From: Sedimentisphaerales bacterium
GTDB lineage: Bacteria > Planctomycetota > Phycisphaerae > Sedimentisphaerales > SM23-30
Length of the DNA stretch: 21,181 nucleotides
Assembly: GCA_963663805.2 (NCBI GenBank)
Contig: CAXXMR010000006.1
Coordinates: 1 to 21,181, forward strand
Reading direction: 5' to 3'
The notes below the pieces were generated by a model. It was not told the origin of the DNA. It searched no databases and was given only the letters and a program-made list of their open reading frames with translations. The number at the start of each line of letters is the position of its first letter. Position 1 is the stretch's first letter. Of this stretch, positions 7,809 through 15,697 are shown in pieces. Made by a program: the position numbers and the translations under genes.

Positions 7809-8591
7809 ATGTCAGCTCAAAGTTTCTTTCCCTGGCTCGGCGGTAAGTCTAAGCTGGCCCCACGACTCTGTCAACTCTTGCCCGCCCACCGCTGTTATAT
7901 CGAGGTTTTTGCCGGTGCCGCCAACCTGCTCTTCACCAAGCCCCCCTCCAAAGCTGAAATCCTCAACGACCGCAACTCCGAGCTGACCAACCTGTTCCGC
8001 GTCGTCCGCTGCCATCCGCGAGCCTTCATCGATGAGCTGCAATTCCAGCTTCACAGCCGTCAGGACTTCGCTGATTATAAGGCCCAGCCCGGCCTCACCG
8101 ACATCCAGCAGGCCGCCCGCTCCTGGTACATCATCAAGACCGCCTTCGGCGGCGGCGGCAAAACCACCTCCAACTTTGGCTATTCCCTCGGCGGCCGCAG
8201 CCGTTTCCGCCGCTCCGTCTTCTCTTCCATCCGTCGTTGCAGCCGCCGGCTCGACGGCGTCACGATCGAAAACCTCGACTTCGCCGACTGCATCACTCGT
8301 TATGATCGACCCGACAGCCTGTTCTACTGCGACCCGCCGTACCTGGCCACCGCCTGCTACCAGGTATCCTTCGACGCCGCCGACCACGACCGTCTGGCCC
8401 AGGCCCTCAAAACAATTAAAGGTAAATTCCTGTTGAGCATCAACGACCACCCCCAAATACGCAAACTATACCGGGGTTTTCCCTGCCGGAAGATCCCCGT
8501 GAAATATTCCGTCTCTCGCGACAAGAGCCCCCAGGCCTCCGAGCGGACGGAACTGATAATCGCCAACTTCCCCCTGCCCCGGCAGCGGTGA
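7809..8591 (+). CDS. DNA adenine methyltransferase, D12 class (Dam-like), orphan
   Basis: FPWLGGKSKL, YIEVFAGAA (SAM-binding), EILND, LFYCDPPY (catalytic), GKFLLSIND, ELII. Confidence 0.93.
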   Translation: MSAQSFFPWLGGKSKLAPRLCQLLPAHRCYIEVFAGAANLLFTKPPSKAEILNDRNSELTNLFRVVRCHPRAFIDELQFQLHSRQDFADYKAQPGLTDIQQAARSWYIIKTAFGGGGKTTSNFGYSLGGRSRFRRSVFSSIRRCSRRLDGVTIENLDFADCITRYDRPDSLFYCDPPYLATACYQVSFDAADHDRLAQALKTIKGKFLLSINDHPQIRKLYRGFPCRKIPVKYSVSRDKSPQASERTELIIANFPLPRQR

Positions 8592-8615
8592 AAAAGGCTA
8601 CGCCAAATGTAGCCT
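8591..8615 (-). terminator. Hairpin after the methylase gene, with the U-tract on the minus strand
   Basis: aaaa-aggctac gccaaat gtagcct. Confidence 0.45.
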
Positions 8616-8703
8616 CTCAATATTTCCTGCCCCTAACCGGGCAGAACCCCGACCCGAATCTCGCCAACTGAGCGGCGTGACGACGGCGGACAAGTTAATA
8701 GCC

Positions 8704-8770
8704 GTCAGAAATCAGAAGTCAGAGGTCAGTAGGAAAAATGCTGAAATCTGATTTCTGACAACTGACATCT
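8704..8770. repeat. Inverted heptamer repeat element, copy 3
   Basis: gtcagaaatcagaagtcagaggtcag...ctgaaatctgatttctgacaactgacatct. Confidence 0.8.
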
Positions 8771-8901
8771 AAGAACCAGCCGGAGATTTTCAAAGAGAAA
8801 TCTCAAAATCCGGCCGGAGTTTTTCTGCGCACTACACGCTATATTACCTATCTTAACAACAAGCCATTTCCGAATCGACTTCCGATTGCCGCAAAAGACT
8901 T

Positions 8902-9172
8902 CCGCAAAAAAAGATTTTCTCAGAGATTTTCAACCCCCTAAAATCGCCCTTTTAAACCCCGTTAAACGCGATTTAAACGCTCAGCCAGGCAATCTTAAAT
9001 TTGTGCCATCTATCTGCGCAACCGCCCAATTTTAGCGGTTTTGTGCCATCTTCATTTATCCCACAACAGCCCCTAAACTCTCACGTAAGTTCTTTATTTC
9101 TCGCTATTTCCCGTTTATTCCCGCTTATTCCCACGAAACGGCACTTTATGCCATTTCTCTCTGCGCTTTACA
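8902..9172 (+). repeat. Putative transposable-phage terminus, copy 1 (inner)
   Basis: Boxes TTT(G/A)TGCCAT at 9000, 9040, 9145; ends ...CTGCGCTTTACA; homologous to 13949-14200. Confidence 0.75.
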
Positions 9173-9368
9173 ATTGCGCATCTATATGCGACAAACCCCC
9201 TGCGCGTACAATAACCGCCCAGGGCGAGCAGCCCTGTTCGGAATGTGAAATCTCACAAAAAACTTATTCGTTCGCGAAAAAACCTCAAAAGTCTGATTAT
9301 CAAACCCTTGCTGAGTATAGGTCTTCCGCTATGTCTTATCCGGCATTTAAAGACCGGTTAAATCCTGT

Positions 9369-9830
9369 TTAATCGTGCCATGTTGGCACGGGTGCAAACC
9401 GCTCTACCAGCCAATCCATACTTTTCTGTCGGAACTTAACGGGCAAATCCCTACTAGTCCAGTAGTCCATCATCAAGTCGCGTGACATCTGGTCTCTCTT
9501 GATTTGGTAGGGGAAGGTCGATCTGAACATGTGAGCTACCCAACACTTCTTATTGACCAAAACCCGACCGCCGGAGAGCCAGGCCCGAAGGCTGGTCTCG
9601 ACTCCGCTACCGCCCCAGAATCCCAGCGACTCATCCTGGGCCAGAACGTTACGCCAGTAATCAGTCTGGCACCAGAACGTATCGGCCAGGTGACACATTG
9701 TCTCAACAACATGGCCGTCGTTCTCCGGTCGGTTTTCGTAATCCTGCCACCAACCCAAAACATAATCTTTGTCGATGTAACAGTGACCGGCAGCACCGGT
9801 CTTAACCGTTTTCGACCAAGGTGAAACTAA
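9369..9830 (-). pseudogene. C-terminal fragment of a polypeptide GalNAc-transferase-like (GT2/GT27-like) glycosyltransferase; 5' boundary approximate
   Basis: DESLGFWGGSGVETSLRAWLSGGRVLVNKKCWVAHMFRSTFPY matches the D..WGGEN.E.S.R.W..GG...V.H.FR..PY motif; no N-terminal nucleotide-binding/DXH half visible. Confidence 0.7.
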
Positions 9831-10096
9831 AAAACAATGACATGTCCGGGTAATTTGAAAATAATTGCTCAGAATGTCTCTTTGCCGATATTGGAGCCTG
9901 ATATTCAATAGTCTGGGACTGGGTGATTTGTATCTTTTCGGCAAGTCTGCATGACACGGATTTTCGGGGGTATTTTATGCGATGTCAGGACTGTGCTATA
10001 ATGGAGACGACGAATGAAGAATCGATCTGGATCGGATGTGGCGGCCCGGTTGGCCCAGACATATGGTTTGAGCCGATTAAAATCATTCTCAAAAGT

Positions 10097-10181
10097 AGTC
10101 ATTTTCTGACTATTTCCTATAGTTATATTGAATTTTAGCCGATAATAATGTATATTTACCATAAGTAGTCACAAAGTGACT
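10097..10181 (+). promoter_or_regulatory. abiE promoter with two operator-like palindromes
   Basis: TTGAAT (10128)-17 bp-TATATT (10151); AGTCA-N5-TGACT at 10097-10111 and 10167-10181. Confidence 0.65.
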
Positions 10182-10204
10182 TTTTTTATAAAAAGCAGAA
10201 TATT

Positions 10205-10840
10205 ATGAATAGACTTACAGAACAGTTTTTTCAAGCGCCCACAGGGGTATTTACCCAATCGGACGTGGCTGTTGCGATTGAGGGCACGGATTTTAGCCGC
10301 CACGGGCTTGTCAAACGCGCTATGGCGGGCGGTGAAATTCTTAATATCCGTCGCGGTTTGTATTGCCTGGCTCCCAAATTCCAGAAAAAGCCTATTAGTG
10401 TTTACAACCTGGCAGAACATGTTTATGGCCCCAGCTATATCAGCATGGAAACAGCCTTAAGTTATCATGACTGGATTCCAGAGGCGGTTTACACTTGCAC
10501 CTGTGCGAGTTTTGGCAACAGCAAGGAATTTGAAACTCCTATTAGCGTATTCAGCTATAAACGTATTCCACAAAATACATTCTATTTTGCCGTTGAACGA
10601 TGCGTGGACGAAAACAACGATATTTTCTTTATGGCTTCACCAGCAAAAGCTCTGGCCGATTATCTTTATAGCCAACGTCTGAACTGGACCGGTATTAAAG
10701 AACCAGCCGAGAGCTTACGAATCGATGAGGATGGACTAGCCTGCGTAACCGAAGAAGAACTCAAGGGACTCTTAAATAACTACAACAACGGTCGGGTAAA
10801 GCGTTTTTTGACCGGCTGGCTTCGCGAGGTGCAATCATGA
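10205..10840 (+). CDS. abiEi: Type IV toxin-antitoxin antitoxin/transcriptional regulator, AbiEi family
   Basis: ILNIRRGLY, PSYISMETALSYHDWIPE, MASPAKALAD motifs; coupled to the toxin by ATGA. Confidence 0.88.
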   Translation: MNRLTEQFFQAPTGVFTQSDVAVAIEGTDFSRHGLVKRAMAGGEILNIRRGLYCLAPKFQKKPISVYNLAEHVYGPSYISMETALSYHDWIPEAVYTCTCASFGNSKEFETPISVFSYKRIPQNTFYFAVERCVDENNDIFFMASPAKALADYLYSQRLNWTGIKEPAESLRIDEDGLACVTEEELKGLLNNYNNGRVKRFLTGWLREVQS

Positions 10841-11693
10841 GCGTTAAAATGATTCAACAACGTCTATCGACCTACAACTGTAAAACAGATATTGAGGAGC
10901 AGCAGGCCATTCGCGAGATTACACAGGAAGTTGTGCTTGCCGCACTTGGTCGTGGTGATTTCTTTAAACATGCATTATTTCAGGGCGGAACCTGCCTACG
11001 GATTTTCTATGGCCTGAACCGCTTTTCCGAAGATATGGATTTTATACTGCGTCAAACCAACCCCGATTTTCAATTGAAAGACCATGTCAAACATCTGACC
11101 GATGAGCTGTCCGCCTACGGATATAACATTGAAATCACCGATCGTTCCAAAATCGATGTAACGGTACAAAAAGCTTTCCTGAAAGACAATTCCCTGGGCA
11201 GGATAATAGACTTACATCATGCCAATCAGACTGGCCCAATGGCTAAGATCAGAATAAAATTGGAGGTCGATACTAAACCGCCCGCTGGCAGCGGCCAGGA
11301 ATTGAAATATCTGGATTTTCCGTTTGTTACAACAGTAGCTGTGCAGGATAAGCCAAGCTTGTTTGCAGGTAAAATCCATGCTTTGCTTTGTCGCGAGTAT
11401 ATCAAAGGCCGGGATTGGTATGATTTCATTTGGTATACCAGTAATGGCATTGACATAAATTATGATTTTCTGACCTCGGCAATCAATCAAATCGGCCCGT
11501 GGCAAGGCCAGCCGCTTACCGTTGACAAGGCGTGGGTACTGAGCGAGCTGGAAAAAAAATCACCTCATTAAACTGGAAGCAGGCCGCTGCAGATGTACGT
11601 CGATTTGTTCGGGTCAATGAACAGCCTTCGCTTGATTTATGGACCAAGGAACTGTTTCTATCGCAATTGGATAAACTCGATCGAACCTTGTAA
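10837..11693 (+). pseudogene. abiEii: AbiEii family nucleotidyltransferase toxin, frameshifted at A8 tract 11552-11559
   Basis: FQGGTCLRIFYGLNRFSEDMDF, KLEVD, AGKIHAL, KGRDWYD; -1 frame continues ITSLNWKQAAADVRRFVRVNEQPSLDLWTKELFLSQLDKLDRTL* to 11693. Confidence 0.85.
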
Positions 11694-11695
11694 AA

Positions 11696-11920
11696 GTGAA
11701 CGGCTTCAAGCACTTAACCGAACTCTGCGATGAATTCCAAACCTGGTATAACCAATGGAGGCCTCACATGACGCTCGATGGCTTACGGCCAGATGATGTT
11801 TTCTATAGCAATAAACCAGAAATGCCCGGCCATGATGCTAAAGAAGTGCCGCCCAATATTGAGCAACACTATTTCAGCCAAACCCGAACAATGGGCTATC
11901 GGCTAAAACAGCCTGCTTGA
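11696..11920 (+). pseudogene. C-terminal integrase-core (rve_3-like) fragment of an IS3/IS481-type transposase
   Basis: WYNQWRPHMTLDGLRP matches YN..RPH..L...P; N-terminal DDE part absent. Confidence 0.7.
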
Positions 11921-12118
11921 ATCTTGGCCAATCCAAGGCTTAACCCAAGTTCGACACTTGTAAGTTTTTTTTTGCGATTTTAAAAATATTTTTCTTCGGT
12001 CTGTCTTCGATTTTGGTCAATGAGCTGGGTTTCGAGTTTCAAGTAGCACCCCAAAAAAAGCAAAATCGAATGTAGTGAAGACCTTGGGGGTTGTTTTGGT
12101 GTTATTTGGTCGTAAAAT

Positions 12119-13503
12119 ATGGTTATGTTTATCAGGCCATGTTACAAAATTAAGAACGGTAAAAAGCACGCATACTGGTCATTAGTTGAGTCTTATCGCA
12201 CCGGGCGTGGGCCTCGTCAGCGTGTGGTTTCGTATCTTGGCCAATTATCAGAAGAAGAACGCCTTGGCGTGAAGCAGACGGCATCAGGTAACAAAAAACA
12301 GTCATACAAACAGCTTCATCTGTTTGATGAGGACAACAAGCCAGAGCCTGAATGGGTAGAGGTGGATGTTGCCAATGTCACAGTTGAGCGTGAGCTGGAT
12401 TTTGGCGGTCCCTGGCTGGCCTTACAGTTGATTCAGAAGCTGAGACTTGATGAGTTGTTTGAGCAACTTATGCCAGAAGGCAGAGAGCATATTCCCTGGT
12501 CGAAAATGGCATTGGTGCTTACTATATGCCGGTTATGTAAACCTTCCAGCGAACTATACATTGCCGAGCATTATTACAGAAGTACGGCTCTGGCTGATTT
12601 GCTGGGAATACCGCCTGAGAAGGTTTACGATAAGCGTCTGTATCGTTCTTTGGGTAAACTACTTCCCCATAAGGAAGATATTGAAAAGCATCTGAAACAG
12701 CAATTGGGAGAGCTGTTTGGTCTGGAATATGACCTTTTGCTGTACGATGTTACCAGTACCTATTTTGAGGGTCAATGTCTTGGCAATCCCATGGCCCAAA
12801 GAGGTTATTCCAGAGATAATCGCTCAGATTGTAAACAGGTCTGCATCGGCCTGGTAGTCTCCAAATGCGGTATGCCTTTGGGCTATGAGGTATTTGAGGG
12901 CAATCGCCACGATAGTAAGACCTGGAAAGAGATTGTTTTGACGATGGAAAAACGTACGGCAAAGCTGACCGTATCTGGTGCGGTGACAGAGGGATGATGA
13001 GTAAGGACAACCTTATGCGGTCGGGAGGACGTAAGTACATCATCGGAGCTTCTAAGGCCACGTTAAAGCGATTTGAGCAGGAATTGCTCAGGGAAGACTG
13101 GAAGGCAATTCGTGACGGCCTGGAGGTGAAGATGTGTGAATCTCCCGATGAAGATAATGAGACCTTTATCTTGTGCCGGAGTAAGGATCGCAGCGAAAAA
13201 GAAAAAGCTATGCATCAGAGATTTGAAATGAGAATTGAAGAGTCTTTGGAAAAACTCAAAAGCAGTTGTGAAAAACGAAAATATAAGAAGGAAACTATCG
13301 ACAGGCGTGTCGGCAGCATAATGAGTAAAAACAGCCGTTCCGCGGGCTTATTCAAGGTCGAGGTTGTTGAGTCAGAAGGCAAAACAACTATAAGTTGGAC
13401 CAAAGATGAAAAGTGGCGAGCCTGGGCAGAGCTGAATGAAGGATGCTATCTGCTCCGGACAAATGTAACAGACTGGTCTGCTGAGGATTTATGGAAGGCC
13501 TAA
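12119..13503 (+). pseudogene. IS1634 transposase, frameshifted near 12950 and truncated near 13500
   Basis: YWSLVESYRT..GPRQR, LLYDVTSTYFEG, RGYSRDNRSDCKQV, FEGNRHD; shifted frame YGKADRIWCGDRGMM; GCYLLRTN...LWKA then stop. Confidence 0.88.
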
Positions 13504-13708
13504 CTCCCGTTCAATACGACGGTTAGACCAGCCACGATCCTTGAGTTGTAATACCGTTTGTACCTGTGCCATCGTCAAATAGTTCGCCATTTTGTGCCTC
13601 TGATAACCTGAGTTTTTACCCAGATTAACAAAGACAAACATTTCAACTATTCAATTTTGGCCGGTTTTCAAGCGCCCCTCATTGGCCGGTTTTGAGCGCC
13701 CCTTGACA
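13495..13708 (-). mobile_element. istA: IS21-family left-end remnant with the istA 5' fragment (ATG at 13590)
   Basis: Minus strand begins TGTCAAGGGGCGCTCAAAACCGGCCAA with a tandem ~22 bp repeat (13657-13679, 13682-13703); MANYLTMAQVQTVLQLKDRGWSNRRIERELG is an HTH start. Confidence 0.8.
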
Positions 13709-13710
13709 GT

Positions 13711-13788
13711 GTCCGCAGGCCTACCGAACATCAGGATATTTTACTGTCCAGATTGAAGCTGAAAATGCCACGCCAACTGTCGAGTTGA
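13711..13788 (+). pseudogene. Extreme C-terminus of the IS1634 transposase
   Basis: VRRPTEHQDILLSRLKLKMPRQLSS*, located just inside the right TIR. Confidence 0.7.
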
Positions 13789-13948
13789 AGCAAATTGTAG
13801 TGAAGACTTTCGACCCTGGCGCTATCAAAAACCCCGTTTCATACCCCTAAGTGTCGAACTTGGGTTAACATTTTGAAGTTTTTTTGTCTTTTTTTTGCAC
13901 AAGCCAACCCGAAAGCCATAGAATTTGCTTCACTTGGCTAAAATGTTA

Positions 13949-14200
13949 CCGCAAAAAAAGATTTTCTCAGAGATTCTCAACCCCCTAAAATCGCCCTTTT
14001 AAACCCCGTTAAACGCGATTTAAACGCCCGCCGCCCTTCGGCTCCGTTTTGTGTCATCTTCTCGCGCCAGCAGCCAACCTTGGCGGTTTTGTGCCATTTT
14101 GATTTCCCCCGCCCCCGCCCGCTCAGACTCACGTAACTCCTTTAATTCCCGTCCCTTCCCGCCGTTCGGCACTTTATGCCATTTATCTCTGCGCTTTACA
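13949..14200 (+). repeat. Putative transposable-phage terminus, copy 2 (outer)
   Basis: 13949-14027 vs 8902-8980: 78/79 identical; 14167-14200 vs 9139-9172: 33/34 identical; boxes at 14048, 14088, 14173. Confidence 0.8.
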
Positions 14201-14208
14201 GGTGTTTT

Positions 14209-14457
14209 TTACTTGCGCAAAAATATCTCCCGAATTTCACGTAAAGGATACCCTGAGTCATTCAGCTTTTTTATCAGCCGAATTCTCTCTACTGCCTCGT
14301 CGCCAAAGAACTGTCGCCCCTGCTCTGTTCGCTCTGTGGGCTCTAGAAGGCCCACCATGAGATAATATTGCAGAGTCTGCACCGACACCCCCGCTGCCTC
14401 AGCCGCCTGGCCGGTTCGCATCAAACCCTCAGATGGTTGTTTCTCTGCCTCATTCAT
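14209..14457 (-). CDS. MerR-family HTH transcriptional regulator (short)
   Basis: MRTGQAAEAAGVSVQTLQYY..GLLEP.ERT..GRQFF...GYPLREI. Confidence 0.88.
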   Translation of the reverse strand: MNEAEKQPSEGLMRTGQAAEAAGVSVQTLQYYLMVGLLEPTERTEQGRQFFGDEAVERIRLIKKLNDSGYPLREIREIFLRK

Positions 14458-14551
14458 CGGACACCAATATTATTCATACCGCCCCCCAGCCCGACCAGTT
14501 CTTAGCGGCCTTTTTAATTGCCGCCATTGTAAGTCCCGCAAAAACAAGAAC

Positions 14552-15391
14552 TTATTTTCCTTTGCCGCGAAATTTTTTCTCTGCCTCTGCCACTTTCAGT
14601 TCCTGAAATTCCACCGACAGTATTCGTTTTTCGCTAAACTGCTGATATTCATCGCTCACCAGAAGCTCCAGAATATAAGGCACTATTGCCCCATTGTCCA
14701 ACTTGCGATAATCCGATGCGTTTACCGCCAGATAACCGTTCCCGGTCCCGTCAAGTCGCGGATAACGTATCCAATACCGCTCCGGCAGCAACGTCTCGGC
14801 GTTTAGCCAAACCGTCATATTGACATTGGAAACGGCTTTTTTGTCGGCTTCACCGGCAGAGACAACCATTTTGGCGTCAACCCGATGCGTCAGCCGCCCG
14901 CCTTTGCGTTCTGGCCCCACCTTTTCGATGACCACATCATCTGCCAGCAGTCCCGCAGGCCCTACTACCGCTTGTGTTAAAAGACGCAGCTTTAATGCTG
15001 CGGCATAGAGTTGGCGTGGATTATATTCATTTAACTTATCATTGTTTTGGTCCTGATAAATTTCTGAACCTGAAGGAAAAGACCATTGTTCGACCAGAAT
15101 ACCCCGTGCTTCGTGGCTTTTTGATGTGGCTGAAAGCACCGGTGAAAACGTAACCTCATATTTCTGCCTAAGTAACGTTTCGCTGCCGTCCGGCTCAAAT
15201 ATCGTAGCTAAAGCAGTTCCGGTTACTTTTTTCTCTGCCAGCCAGGGGGTCATACCACCGGCGTGAGCGATGGCGTCCTGGACTGTTAAGTTCTGACTGT
15301 TCAAGCGGTTAGCCGTTTTTTTGGCGGCATTTTCGCAGCCGGTTACTAATAAGGCTGCTAGTAACACTATAAACCCACCACGAATACTCAT
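14552..15391 (-). CDS. Hypothetical lipoprotein (possibly LolA-like fold)
   Basis: Signal peptide with lipobox LLVTG-C; AIAHAGG..W and SDYRKLDNGAIVPY patterns; GGGAG RBS. Confidence 0.7.
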   Translation of the reverse strand: MSIRGGFIVLLAALLVTGCENAAKKTANRLNSQNLTVQDAIAHAGGMTPWLAEKKVTGTALATIFEPDGSETLLRQKYEVTFSPVLSATSKSHEARGILVEQWSFPSGSEIYQDQNNDKLNEYNPRQLYAAALKLRLLTQAVVGPAGLLADDVVIEKVGPERKGGRLTHRVDAKMVVSAGEADKKAVSNVNMTVWLNAETLLPERYWIRYPRLDGTGNGYLAVNASDYRKLDNGAIVPYILELLVSDEYQQFSEKRILSVEFQELKVAEAEKKFRGKGK

Positions 15392-15626
15392 AGCTGAACT
15401 CCCATAATTTTAAACCTTAATATACCAGCACTTATGGACCTGGATTCTAACCGACCCCAGTCATCAAAGCAAACCCCATCAAAGATTTTTTGCCAATTGG
15501 GGCTGATTTTTCAGCGCAGTTTCTCCTGAAGAGAGCGTTTTTTGAATGTTTTTTGTCTTTTTTTTTGATTTTTTGGCGTTTTTTGAGCGAAAAAACAAAA
15601 AAAAGGGAATATTGCTGCACAGGTAG

Positions 15627-15671
15627 AAAAAAAGACTGCCGGTCTTGAAAACAACCGGCAGTCTTTTTTTT
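15627..15671 (-). terminator. Intrinsic terminator (bidirectional) downstream of the large surface protein gene
   Basis: aaaaaa-agactgccggt cttgaaaaca accggcagtct-ttttttt. Confidence 0.85.
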
Positions 15672-15697
15672 ATAGTGATTTGTCTATGGTTCCTGTG

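Larger units (their letters stand above)
1..9172 (+). mobile_element. Right arm of a prophage, probably Mu-like/transposable with a non-contractile tail; left part outside the window
   Basis: Co-directional neck, tail tube, tape measure, tail tip and methylase genes; no sheath gene; terminus with three repeated TTT(G/A)TGCCAT boxes ending ...GCGCTTTACA at 9172. Confidence 0.75.
11944..13864 (+). mobile_element. IS1634-family insertion sequence, internally deleted/interrupted
   Basis: Perfect 16 bp TIRs cccaagttcgacactt (11944-11959)/aagtgtcgaacttggg (13849-13864), flanked by TTAA on both sides. Confidence 0.88.

Noticed and set aside
7812..8456. 214 aa minus-strand ORF and similar overlapping ORFs across the phage genes
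   Set aside because: Antisense or alternate-frame shadows expected from GC-rich codon bias
9001..9372. 123 aa ORF spanning the phage terminus (also 14051-14365)
   Set aside because: Starts inside the non-coding end repeat; the part after 9172 could be an interrupted gene remnant but has no recognisable motif
9905..10162. Short ORFs on both strands upstream of abiEi
   Set aside because: Overlap the promoter/operators; no motif or clear RBS
13879..13897. T-rich match to 15548-15567 (ttttttgtcttttttttg)
   Set aside because: Low-complexity sequence; chance similarity likely
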